Origin: Methanothrix sp.
GTDB taxonomy: Archaea > Halobacteriota > Methanosarcinia > Methanotrichales > Methanotrichaceae
Direction: 5' to 3'
DNA: 64,000 nt
Assembly (NCBI GenBank): GCA_963682135.1
Contig: OY821645.1
Coordinates: 32,001 to 96,000 of the forward strand
Shown here: in pieces, positions 1-9,184 of the stretch
Layout of the letters: every line of letters begins with the position of its first letter
How positions within the stretch are numbered: the stretch's first letter is position 1
Program-made: the position numbers and the translations under genes
Notes under the pieces: generated by a model
Seen by the model: the letters and a program-made list of their open reading frames with translations, nothing else
The model's database searches: none
What the model was told of the DNA's origin: nothing

Positions 1-303
1 GTCCACTCTTCCTTTGATTTTCCTCAAGCTGAGGTTTCTGTCGACGATTTTCAAAGAGGCATCTCTGATGCGATAGCTTTCTTTGCGGCTCAGCTTTTCT
101 TCTGCTCTTTTGCATTCTACTTCTATCCAATCATATTTTCTGAGCTTTTGCGGTCCCGAAAAAACATTGAACGGAACCGGATAGAGGCGAATCCAGTCAC
201 CTTCTTCTGTGAGACCTATGGTGCATACGACCTGGCCATATTTTTTGCTCTTTTCGGGATATGCGGTTACGGTGACCAGTACTCGTTTCTTTTGCCAGGT
301 CAT
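1..303 (-). CDS. Conserved hypothetical protein, partner of DUF488 gene (partial, runs off window)
   Basis: Not in ORF track; hand translation MTWQKKRVLVTVTAYPEKSKKYGQVVCTIGLTEEGDWIRLYPVPF..., open to position 1; ATG overlaps the stop of the upstream gene (ATGA at 300-303). Confidence 0.8.
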   Translation of the reverse strand, partial: MTWQKKRVLVTVTAYPEKSKKYGQVVCTIGLTEEGDWIRLYPVPFNVFSGPQKLRKYDWIEVECKRAEEKLSRKESYRIRDASLKIVDRNLSLRKIKGRVD

Positions 304-1124
304 AGGTCGATTACCTCGACTCCGCTTTCCCTGAGTCGCTCTGCGATTACGCCTCTGTGGCAGTACTTTACATCCTTCTCAAAGCACATCAAGGATACTT
401 TTTTATTTTGGCTGATTGATTTTATTCTCTCCAGATAGTCCATTTTAGTCTCAATTTCCTGTCTGTAGCTGGCAAAGAGAGCTTGATAGTCCTCATAAGA
501 ATTGAGACTCTTCCGGGAGTCGCTGGGGATGCCAAGTTCAGGCATGTGGATGTAATCGATGCCCATTTTCTCCAAGTAACTTTTTAATTTATTTCGATGA
601 AATCCAAATTTCATGCTGTAGGCATTTCTTCTCACGTCTGCGACTATGCCTATCTTATTTTTTATCAGCTCATAAAGGAATTTATCGATTGTCTTTCCCT
701 CGTAGCCTATGGTCACAATACCGGATGAATTCCTATCGTATTCCATCTTTTTCTTGTACTGGCTGAAAATCGTGAATTCGGGATGCTCCTCATAAATATA
801 ATCCAGCAGCATCTTGTCGTCGAGGGCGGAAAATCTCTCCGAGTTCATGCGAACTACATTTTTTATCTTGAGATCGAGCGAGGGAAGTTCTGCCGTTAAT
901 AAATGCACAGAATCGTCATCGATAGATACAAAACCTTCTCTTTGCAAATGTGATAGATCATGATAAAGCTGAAAGGAGAATGGTCCGTACTTGTATGGTA
1001 CAAAGTAATAGAGCGGTATTCTCTTTGAGACCAGGAACATGAGCTTGACGAGGCGAAGCTTTGACATATTATTTTTATTATTATTTAAAAGATAGATAAT
1101 ACCTTTTTCTCCGCTGGTCAGCAT
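300..1124 (-). CDS. DUF488 domain protein with N-terminal winged-helix (DUF4065/Panacea-like) domain
   Basis: N-term KLxLVKLMFL...FVPYKYGPFS; C-term DUF488 motifs TIGYEG, ADVRR, ELG, CFEKD..CHR. Confidence 0.8.
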   Translation of the reverse strand: MLTSGEKGIIYLLNNNKNNMSKLRLVKLMFLVSKRIPLYYFVPYKYGPFSFQLYHDLSHLQREGFVSIDDDSVHLLTAELPSLDLKIKNVVRMNSERFSALDDKMLLDYIYEEHPEFTIFSQYKKKMEYDRNSSGIVTIGYEGKTIDKFLYELIKNKIGIVADVRRNAYSMKFGFHRNKLKSYLEKMGIDYIHMPELGIPSDSRKSLNSYEDYQALFASYRQEIETKMDYLERIKSISQNKKVSLMCFEKDVKYCHRGVIAERLRESGVEVIDL

Positions 1125-1231
1125 ATCATGTCACCTCGCAGTGATATAATCAAACCATTAAATATAAGTCTTTTTGCCGTGGCCGGGGCGAAAGTGATGG
1201 CATGCCTCTCTTGCGTCTCGGACGCGGGGCC

Positions 1232-1459
1232 GCTCGTGGACGGCTGGCCGCCCGCTTGAGGGCGCGCCCGTGCGCGTGGTCCACGGCTGATGGGCAGGGG
1301 CAGGCGGCGGTGATCCGGCGGGCGGGAGGGCCTGACGTGGAAAGCTTGGGTGGATCGGGATGAGTGTGGGGCAGGTTCTGGGATCGCTGATCTCAGTTGG
1401 TGGCGGCTCGTGGACGGCTGGACGCCCGCCTGCACGCGCTCCCACCAGCGCCCGTGCGC
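1232..1459. repeat. Imperfect GC-rich direct repeats in intergenic region
   Basis: GCTCGTGGACGGCTGG(C/A)CGCCCGC at 1232-1255 and 1406-1429; GCGCCCGTGCGC at 1264-1275 and 1448-1459. Confidence 0.6.
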
Positions 1460-1784
1460 CCACACGTGGGCTGACTCGCTCAGTTGACTGGTGCCCTCGG
1501 GCTGCTTATCTGGATTGGAGATCTTAATTTGGTAGTTGCAGATCTCCGCCAAAATGTTGGTGCCCTTTCGATTGCCTGGCCTCTTTACTTAACTCTGATT
1601 GGATAAATTTCTCTGCTCTGTCGATGAGAAGCTCACTAAATAGGGATCGAGCTTTAGTGGTACCCTTACAAGCGTAATAATGCTACATCCCATCAGCCTA
1701 ATTAGGAACATACCATAAAAGTCTTATTATAATTTGATAAAAAAGTTGGAAAGTAGAGTAAAATTAAAAGTTGATATGCTGGCA

Positions 1785-4007
1785 CTAACTTTTGCATACC
1801 TCTTCCAAAAATATTTTAATTTCATTATCGATTTCACCTTCTGCCATCAAAGCAGCTAATCTTTCTCCGTCTTTGACTTTGTTAAATCTTGTGCCATATT
1901 TTCTACATACATTGTCTATCAAGATATCTCCAGGAACGATTGATAATCTCATTGTCTCCCAATTACTATTCACAAAATTCTTTTGTGCATCATAAATTTC
2001 GTCAATTCTTTTATCTTTTTCCTCTAATATTTTGATCATTCTTTGGATATCAGCAGAGACTCTATCCTTCATCATCGGTTCGTCCATGTTTTCAAAATCA
2101 AAATCTTTCGTCGGATGGATGGGGGAGAATATTCGCAAAAATATACGCTTGTTAATTGCAAATTGCTTCAATTGATTTGCACTCTCAATTATGTCTTCTT
2201 TAATTTTATCTTCATTAGGCAATTCTTCTGATTTGCCTGAAGTATCTTGTTTTAATTTTATAAACTCCCTGAGTACACGCGGATGAATTAGATAATTTTC
2301 TAATTCCCGTTTGCTCAATACTTTCAGAATAGCTCTTCCATTTAGCATTTTTCGCATTTTATCAAAATAATCATCTTCTCTTTCATCCCTATCAAGCAAA
2401 AAACAAATTCCAACTCTGCGTTTTGTTAAAAATGATAAAGTATCTTCTGCGGCATAATAAGCAAAATTTCTCACGCCACTCATGCGAATAAATCCTACAT
2501 TATATTGACCCAAGTTGAATTCCAATTTTGACGCCAATTCCCGAAGAACGTTTTCATCAGAAGGGCCTTCGACAAAAACAAGCTTATCATACATGAATAG
2601 GGAACTCAGTCTTATACCTAGCTCGTTCGGAATCTTAGCTTCTGCTTCTTCGAGATTTAGGAGTTCAACTGATGTTGCGGTTGTTTTAGATACTAAATAT
2701 ATATTTTTCATTTCTGCAGTATCTAGAAAGTTCGTCGAATGAGTTGTGATAAATATCTGACAGCTTTCACTTTTTCGCTTTAGATATTGCATCATACTCG
2801 TTTCAAGCGAGGGATGCAAATGCACCTCTGGTTCCTCAACTAGAAGGACATCCGGATGTAGAAATTCTACATCTAGTATTATCCTTAAAGCCTCTCTGAT
2901 ACCAGAACCGTTTGCTTGAACCAAAAAATCACCAACATCTAGTTCCGCAGGCACTTCCGATCTGCGTGATGAGACACTACCTTGAAATGCGTCAATGCTT
3001 ACACCAAGCAATGTCAAAACAGTCTCCTGAATATTGCGAAGAACAATCGATCCACCTCTGCGTACTTTTAGATCTAATAGCCTAGCTGCTTCATCCTCAC
3101 CTATCGGTTTGCGTCTTTCTGTAAGATTAAGTACTTTGGTTCTTGATATACTCAACAATAGATTGGAGATGTATTTTGGTATAGACGCCTCTTCGCCTGC
3201 GAACGATGTTATCTTATTTCTTAACTCTTCTTTTTGAATTGCTGTAAACTCTTCACCAAGGAATGATGAAATATTTTCTAAACTCTTGCTAAACTCTTCA
3301 TATGTCTTAGAACTTCGAACAATTGAATAAATCTCGTCTCTGATTTTTTCACTTGATCCAGAAACCAAATCTCTGGTATAATATTTAAAATAGTTTTGAT
3401 CTTCAGATAAGCGACGCCAATCACCAGGTTCTATTCGTTTAGTGAGATTCTCTATGCTCTTGATATCTTCGTCAAGTTGGCGTGATCTAGATAAGTTGTC
3501 TCTAAGTTCGATCGAAGCGTTATAATTAATGCTAAGTAAAATATTTTTTTTATCTAAAGTTACATTTTCTTTGGATTTTATTAATGCTAATTCGCTAACA
3601 AAGCTAAACGGAGAACTCGAGGGATTGATATTAATGGTTGCAGATAGTATCGATATGTCTATTCCCTCAACTGCGGTTTTCATTTGAGGAGTTTCTTTTA
3701 TAATATTTTGTTTCAATTGATCGATTTCATAGACTGTGAGCACGAAATATATCGTAACTTCTATCGGTAATTTTCTTACATCTCTCGGATTAGAAGTCTT
3801 ATAAAAATCAATTTCTCTGCCAATTGGTGGATTTAAATTTACAAAACTGCCTTCATCAATACAGGAGAAAAAGGCATTGATTGCTGAAAGAATATTAGAT
3901 TTCCCCGAATTGTTTTTCCCTATCAATACATTGAATCCATCGCAATTGTTTAATGCTAATGTTTCAATGCTTCGATAATTTTTTATTACTATTGTATCTA
4001 GTTTCAT
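1785..4007 (-). CDS. OLD-family ATP-dependent endonuclease (ABC ATPase + TOPRIM)
   Basis: Walker A GKNNSGKS, signature GSG, Walker B LLVEEPEVHLHP, TTHS; TOPRIM VEGPSD, DRD, RELENY; AT-rich. Confidence 0.9.
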   Translation of the reverse strand: MKLDTIVIKNYRSIETLALNNCDGFNVLIGKNNSGKSNILSAINAFFSCIDEGSFVNLNPPIGREIDFYKTSNPRDVRKLPIEVTIYFVLTVYEIDQLKQNIIKETPQMKTAVEGIDISILSATININPSSSPFSFVSELALIKSKENVTLDKKNILLSINYNASIELRDNLSRSRQLDEDIKSIENLTKRIEPGDWRRLSEDQNYFKYYTRDLVSGSSEKIRDEIYSIVRSSKTYEEFSKSLENISSFLGEEFTAIQKEELRNKITSFAGEEASIPKYISNLLLSISRTKVLNLTERRKPIGEDEAARLLDLKVRRGGSIVLRNIQETVLTLLGVSIDAFQGSVSSRRSEVPAELDVGDFLVQANGSGIREALRIILDVEFLHPDVLLVEEPEVHLHPSLETSMMQYLKRKSESCQIFITTHSTNFLDTAEMKNIYLVSKTTATSVELLNLEEAEAKIPNELGIRLSSLFMYDKLVFVEGPSDENVLRELASKLEFNLGQYNVGFIRMSGVRNFAYYAAEDTLSFLTKRRVGICFLLDRDEREDDYFDKMRKMLNGRAILKVLSKRELENYLIHPRVLREFIKLKQDTSGKSEELPNEDKIKEDIIESANQLKQFAINKRIFLRIFSPIHPTKDFDFENMDEPMMKDRVSADIQRMIKILEEKDKRIDEIYDAQKNFVNSNWETMRLSIVPGDILIDNVCRKYGTRFNKVKDGERLAALMAEGEIDNEIKIFLEEVCKS

Positions 4008-4020
4008 TTATTACATCTGG

Positions 4021-4739
4021 AGTGCGGAGGGTCACGAATACCCCAACCTTCAGGTTGGGGATGAAGTGAACCCTCGCCGTTTTTTGCGTTAATTCATATC
4101 GATCAACCGTTGCTTCTTTTAAAATGAAATCGTATTTGGCACTTTAGCCACAGGTGGTGCCACCCACCTATGGCTAGGATGTGATAAGCGTTGGAATTGC
4201 GCAGTTTTAGCCATGGCTATGGTCAAATTACCTACCACATCGTACTGGTGCCAAAGTATCGATACAAGATATTCTATGATAAGCGAGTTAAAAAGGATTG
4301 CGAGCTAATTCTCATCAATATTTGCATGGAGCAAGGCTATAAAATTCATGCAATGGAAATTGTAGACGATCATGTTCACTTGTTTCTGGAATTCCACCCG
4401 AGCTCTTCTCTATCAAGAGTCGTTCAATTTTTGAAAGGAGGTAGTTCATATAGAATGTTCAAGCTTCATCCCGAATTGAAAAAAAGATATTGGGGCGGAA
4501 GCTTGTGGTCAAGTGGCAAATTCTTTCGATCCGTCGGAAATGTGACTGCTGACACAATAAAGCACTATATTAAGGAATCTCAGGGGAAAACAAAAGCAGA
4601 ATCGCAATTTTGCAGATCAAAGGAATCTGGGCAAAGAAGGCTCGATGATTTCTGATCTCCAGCTAACTGGGCGTGCGTGCGGCCCGAAGCATACCCCATC
4701 CCTTTAGGGTGGGGTGGCCGCACGCAGTTTGATTCTCAC
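4021..4739 (+). mobile_element. IS200-like element (tnpA only); boundaries approximate
   Basis: Subterminal hairpins CCCCAACC-TTCA-GGTTGGGG (4041-4060) and ACCCCATCC-CTTTA-GGGTGGGGT (4693-4715) flank tnpA. Confidence 0.7.
4191..4655 (+). CDS. tnpA: IS200/IS605 family Y1 transposase
   Basis: YHIVLVPKYR, HUH motif DHVHLF, LKGGSS, LWS, catalytic Tyr in IKHYI. Confidence 0.95.
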   Translation: MELRSFSHGYGQITYHIVLVPKYRYKIFYDKRVKKDCELILINICMEQGYKIHAMEIVDDHVHLFLEFHPSSSLSRVVQFLKGGSSYRMFKLHPELKKRYWGGSLWSSGKFFRSVGNVTADTIKHYIKESQGKTKAESQFCRSKESGQRRLDDF

Positions 4740-4777
4740 TCCAATTAAAATATGTTATTCGGAAAAAAATGGCAAAA

Positions 4778-5734
4778 TTATCCCATCTTCTCCCTCACCG
4801 GCGCCAGTATCTCGTTCATGCTCTCTGCACATGCCTTCTTGAGATCCATGGGGTGCAGCGCCCCGCTTACGAAGTCCGCCTCCAGCGTCTCGTAATTCTG
4901 GTAAGAAACATCCCCGCCGAACTTGGCCGGCCTCTTGATGGTCATCCCTTCCTCAATCCTGGGGAAGACATGATACTTGCATATGGCCAGCACTGCATTG
5001 TTCTCCACAATCTTGGCCGGACAAAATGCGCTCTTGATCTTCTTCTCGACGTCGGCAGCCGGCTCGTCCACTGCAATGTTGTTGCCCTTGGAGGAGGACA
5101 TCTTCTCGCCGTTCAGACCGGGGATGAGAGGCGTGTGCATGCACACCGGCGCGGGCAGGCCCAGCCGGGGCAGCTCCTCACGGGCCAGCATGTGAATCTT
5201 TCTCTGGTCAATGCCGCCTACTGCCAGGTCGATCTTGAGGTCGGCAATGTCGATGGCCTGCATGAGCGGGTAAATCATCTGGGAGACCATGGGGTTCTCG
5301 GCATTTCTGCTGACCTCGTCCATGCTTCTCCTGGCCCGGTTGAGAGTGGTATTCCTGGCCATCTGCAAGATCTTGAGCATATAATCCGGCTTGAGCTGAT
5401 AGTCGGTTCCGTAAACAAACTCCGTCCTCTCCGGGTCCAGGCCCAGAGCCATGAAGCAGTCCCGGTTGTAGTCGGCAATCTTTCGCACCTCTTCCAGGGT
5501 GCCCTTCTCGTTGAGGAAGGCATGCAGATCGGCTAAGAGGACGACGACGTCAAAGCCCACCTTCTGCAGGTCCAGGAGCTTGTTGGCCGTGAGCATGTGG
5601 CCCAGATGCACCTTGCCGCTCGTCTCGTAGCCCACATAAGCGCGCGGCCTGCGGCTCTGCTCCAAAAGGCCCTTGAGTTCGTCTACCGTCACTATCTCTT
5701 CTGTATTTCTCATCACCAGCTCAAGCTTATCCAA
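4778..5734 (-). CDS. tyrS: Tyrosine--tRNA ligase
   Basis: YVGYETSGKVHLGH (HIGH-like), GGIDQRKIH, KMSSS; likely TTG start at 5734 (ORF extends to 5788). Confidence 0.95.
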   Translation of the reverse strand: MDKLELVMRNTEEIVTVDELKGLLEQSRRPRAYVGYETSGKVHLGHMLTANKLLDLQKVGFDVVVLLADLHAFLNEKGTLEEVRKIADYNRDCFMALGLDPERTEFVYGTDYQLKPDYMLKILQMARNTTLNRARRSMDEVSRNAENPMVSQMIYPLMQAIDIADLKIDLAVGGIDQRKIHMLAREELPRLGLPAPVCMHTPLIPGLNGEKMSSSKGNNIAVDEPAADVEKKIKSAFCPAKIVENNAVLAICKYHVFPRIEEGMTIKRPAKFGGDVSYQNYETLEADFVSGALHPMDLKKACAESMNEILAPVREKMG

Positions 5735-5837
5735 TGCACATTCACCACCCTCACAGAGGAATGGGGATGTATAATGCTTTTGGTTCATGTCATGTCATAG
5801 GAAAAACAATTAATACTACCGTTGTTGATGGTCAGGC

Positions 5838-6020
5838 ATGCAAAGGCGTAATTTTAGCCTGCCGCGCCCAGCCTTAAGCCGTGAGAAGAATCTGGTCCTG
5901 ATATTGCTGGCTGTTTTAACAGCCGTGATACTCTGGAACACCTTCTGGTGGTTGATGCGCATTGTGCTTTTCGTAGTGGTAGTCTATGCGATTTATCAGA
6001 TCCTAAAGCACTACGTCTGA
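5838..6020 (+). CDS. Small membrane protein
   Basis: 60 aa ORF with two hydrophobic segments; start uncertain. Confidence 0.5.
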   Translation: MQRRNFSLPRPALSREKNLVLILLAVLTAVILWNTFWWLMRIVLFVVVVYAIYQILKHYV

Positions 6021-6713
6021 AACATTGCATTCATGTTTGCAAAAATATTGATGCTTTTTGCAGTTCGGCCAGAGCATTCTGGCCTCTTCCAGATCTTCTC
6101 TCGTATTCAGATTAAAGAAGCTGAGAAGATCCGGGTCAATAGGACGCAGCAGATCCACAAGAATTCGTTTGATGCTTAGCTCCTGTAGCGGCGCATGAAT
6201 TCTGCGCTCAGCCCTCTCCAGAGCTCTCTCGCAGGCGGAAAGCATTTTCTCCCGGTGGTAAACGCAGTGAAGCGGCTCGAAAAATCCGTTAGGCTGCACC
6301 GGGACTGCCGCATCATAGCTTTTTTCATCTTCATATTCATTTTCTTCGACCAGCTCGAAGAGTCTCTCTATAACCTGGGGGTTTAAAAATGGAAGGTCGC
6401 ATCCCGTGGCGAAGGCAAAATCCCCACGGGCTTTCTTCATCCCGGCAGAGAGGCCGGCCACCGGCCCAAATCCCGCCACGCGATCCCAGGTGAAGACGAC
6501 TCCCGTCTCAGACTGAAGGGCAAAATGCGAGATCATCTCTTGCAGATGCTCGGCATGGGCCTCATCCCGGGCCACTACTACTACTTCATCTGCAGCCTGA
6601 AAGAGCTTCTCCGCCGTCCAGCAGATCAGTGGCCTATTCTCGAACTCCAGGAGTGCCTTTTCCGCTCCCAGGCGGCGACCATTGCCGCCAGCCAATATCA
6701 CTGCTGAGCGCAT
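6003..6713 (-). CDS. mobA: Molybdenum cofactor guanylyltransferase
   Basis: ILAGGNGRRLG-EKA, GPVAG, CDLPF, EPLH, FFNLNT. Confidence 0.9.
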   Translation of the reverse strand: MRSAVILAGGNGRRLGAEKALLEFENRPLICWTAEKLFQAADEVVVVARDEAHAEHLQEMISHFALQSETGVVFTWDRVAGFGPVAGLSAGMKKARGDFAFATGCDLPFLNPQVIERLFELVEENEYEDEKSYDAAVPVQPNGFFEPLHCVYHREKMLSACERALERAERRIHAPLQELSIKRILVDLLRPIDPDLLSFFNLNTREDLEEARMLWPNCKKHQYFCKHECNVSDVVL

Positions 6714-7315
6714 AGCCTCCAGCCACTCTCTTTACAGTCCTCCTCCAGAGCCTTTAGGAGGGCCGCTTTGGGATCGGACTGTTTGATATCGCTTCGCAGA
6801 ACCGTGCTCTCCCGGCTTACTGATGCCGTACACTCCCCCGCCTTGACCAAAATGCTCTTGATGAGGGGCTCGTTCACCCTTCCACCCGCCCGGCCAACCT
6901 CATCGTAAGCCAGCTTCTGGGTGAAACGATTGCCAAAGACTGTGCACCCTACGCCGTCCCAGGCTCTGATCCTCGCCTCGCCATTTGCATCCGCAACCTT
7001 GCCACTTGTGATGTCTACCTGCAGGCTGGCTCCGGGTGCAAGGTAAATTCGCCTGCGCTTGGATCGCTCAAAAGAGATCTCAGTGACTTCTCCCACCAGC
7101 AGATCACCCCGCCTCCAGACCTTCTCCCGGCTGCTCGTGATATGTAAAATGCCGCCAAGCTCTCTGGCTCTGTCCAGAAGTTGCTGGTCATTTTTGATCA
7201 GCCCGGAGTATAGCTCCTCTTCTAACTTGGGGCAAGTTCCTAAGAAGGCGATAGCTCTCCTGTCGGCTCCAATTACAGCCTCCCGGCTGGCAGCCAGTGC
7301 AATGACCAGGGACAT
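6698..7315 (-). CDS. DUF2121 family protein (connectase-like, proteasome-beta/Ntn fold)
   Basis: N-terminus MSLVIA...GADRRAIAF with Ser directly after Met, LEEELYSGLIKNDQQL, RRRIYL. Confidence 0.8.
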   Translation of the reverse strand: MSLVIALAASREAVIGADRRAIAFLGTCPKLEEELYSGLIKNDQQLLDRARELGGILHITSSREKVWRRGDLLVGEVTEISFERSKRRRIYLAPGASLQVDITSGKVADANGEARIRAWDGVGCTVFGNRFTQKLAYDEVGRAGGRVNEPLIKSILVKAGECTASVSRESTVLRSDIKQSDPKAALLKALEEDCKESGWRLCAQQ

Positions 7316-7453
7316 TTCAAATCATCTCGACGATAGGAGATAATACTTTCTTAAACCTTCCGTTTGCCAGTCCGCCAGCCGGAAAATGAATACCTTCGCT
7401 TTGCGGTGGATAACATAAAAAAATAAATTCTCGTGGATCCTAGATGGTACCTT

Positions 7454-8182
7454 TCACAGCTTTCTATGGCAGAACCACCAGTCTTCGCAGACCATATCGC
7501 CGCCCGTCTTCCTGGTGGCTGCGGTCTTTTCATCGCCCGGAGGCGGAATGATCACCTGATCGCCGATAAGCTCATTGTTGGGCCAGTTAGCGGGAGCTGC
7601 TACTTTGTTCTTGTCCACAACCTGCAAAGCCTTCACCGCCCTCAATATCTCATCCATATTCCTGCCTACTTCCTGGGGATAGAAGAGTATCAAGCGGACG
7701 GTTGCCTCCGGGTCGACGACAAAGACGGCTCGCACTGTATTGCTGGCCTTTCCGGGATGGATCATGCCCATTCTCTGAGCAATTTTCCCCTGATCATCGG
7801 CAATGATGGGAAACTTGATCTCTACCTTTAGATTCTCCTTTATCCACTGCGTCCACTTCATATGGGAGAAGACCTGATCGATTGACAGGCCGATCAGTTC
7901 GCAATTCAGTTTCTCAAACTCTTCTCGCCTCTTCTCAAAGGCCACAAATTCTGTTGTGCAGACCGGTGTAAAGTCTGCAGGATGGCTGAATAATACGAAC
8001 CATTTCCCTGCGAAGGCATCAGGCAGGGTCATCATGCCGTGGGTGGTCTTGACTTCCATCCTGGGCATCTTGTCACCAATGAGCGGAAAACCACCCTCGC
8101 TTGCGCACATTTGATGCATCATTCCCATGTGTTTCATTCCCATTCCCATATGTTTTCCCATCTGCGTTTCCATCTGACACAT
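7454..8182 (-). CDS. Peroxiredoxin (Prx6/archaeal type)
   Basis: [27 protein letters not shown]. Confidence 0.95.
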   Translation of the reverse strand: MCQMETQMGKHMGMGMKHMGMMHQMCASEGGFPLIGDKMPRMEVKTTHGMMTLPDAFAGKWFVLFSHPADFTPVCTTEFVAFEKRREEFEKLNCELIGLSIDQVFSHMKWTQWIKENLKVEIKFPIIADDQGKIAQRMGMIHPGKASNTVRAVFVVDPEATVRLILFYPQEVGRNMDEILRAVKALQVVDKNKVAAPANWPNNELIGDQVIIPPPGDEKTAATRKTGGDMVCEDWWFCHRKL

Positions 8183-8378
8183 AATATTTTCCTCATTTCC
8201 GATTAGATGATTGTTTTGCAGCTATGATAGCTACGTCAACCCAGTAATTAAAGGTTACTATCATCAGGTGAGCAAAAATGATTCTGCGTGGACAACAGGG
8301 TCTCTTGTCATGCAGCGTGCATAGAATAGATTTGAAACATGCGCGAAAAATGAGTCATCACTTTGGCTGTTCATGGCT

Positions 8379-8693
8379 TTACGCTTTTAGAGGATTTGTC
8401 CGATTCTCCTGCTTATATCCTCTGGAGTCTGGCGAGAATTTATCCCTAGCTATGCACACTGGATAAACGACCGCTCTCTTAGCCAGGGCATTGCAGCATC
8501 TCCGGCATTCCAGCTTTTTCTCAAGTTCCAGAGCTACCCAGGCAGGCGCATTGGACCGGCGTATCTCGGCCAGGATCAAATGCTTCATGATACTGCAATC
8601 GCGGTCATCCTCTGCATCACATGTGTGTTCATAAAGAATGCTCATCAGATCGATACTCTGCGGTTCGGTACCTTTTTCGACGAATTCGATCAT
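8379..8693 (-). CDS. Hypothetical Cys-containing protein
   Basis: 104 aa ATG ORF preceded by AT-rich promoter-like sequence. Confidence 0.5.
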   Translation of the reverse strand: MIEFVEKGTEPQSIDLMSILYEHTCDAEDDRDCSIMKHLILAEIRRSNAPAWVALELEKKLECRRCCNALAKRAVVYPVCIARDKFSPDSRGYKQENRTNPLKA

Positions 8694-8952
8694 AATATAA
8701 CTATTAAGCGTTATAAAACTATTTAATCCTTGCCGCTAATTCAGCAGAAATTGAACAAGATTGAGGTTCGCGATGTCCTTCACCAAAACGCCTGATGATA
8801 GCTATAAAAGTGATTGCGCCAGAAAGTGCTGTGGCTGGAACTGCAAAATTGTAAGATCAGCTAGATAAATGGGCCGATACAGCGATACAGGGATATTGTC
8901 AGCACGGAAAAAGGCTAAATAGAATCAGCCAAAGGCGTAGCGAGGTGACTAT

Positions 8953-9090
8953 ATGCCAACAAGTAAAAAACAATTAGAGAAGCTGAACCGGGTGAAGAAA
9001 GCCAAGGCAGAAGAGCTTTCGAAGCAGGCGGCTGCGGGCAGCCAAGATGCTAAGAAGAAGCTCAAAAAGCTCGAGAAAAAGATGAAGTAA
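8953..9090 (+). CDS. Small Lys-rich protein (45 aa)
   Basis: Below ORF-track cutoff; MPTSKKQLEKLNRVKKAKAEELSKQAAAGSQDAKKKLKKLEKKMK; GAGGTG ribosome-binding site at 8942-8947. Confidence 0.75.
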   Translation: MPTSKKQLEKLNRVKKAKAEELSKQAAAGSQDAKKKLKKLEKKMK

Positions 9091-9184
9091 ACCATCTGGT
9101 CTTTCCATACATTTTCGTTTTCTTTTTTAATTTTCAAAGCTGGGCGCGAAATAATTTCAGGACTCATCACTTCAATCCACTAAC

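Noticed and set aside
1118-1552. 144 aa and 101 aa Pro/Arg-rich ORFs
   Set aside because: Low-complexity products of a GC-rich intergenic stretch; no motifs.
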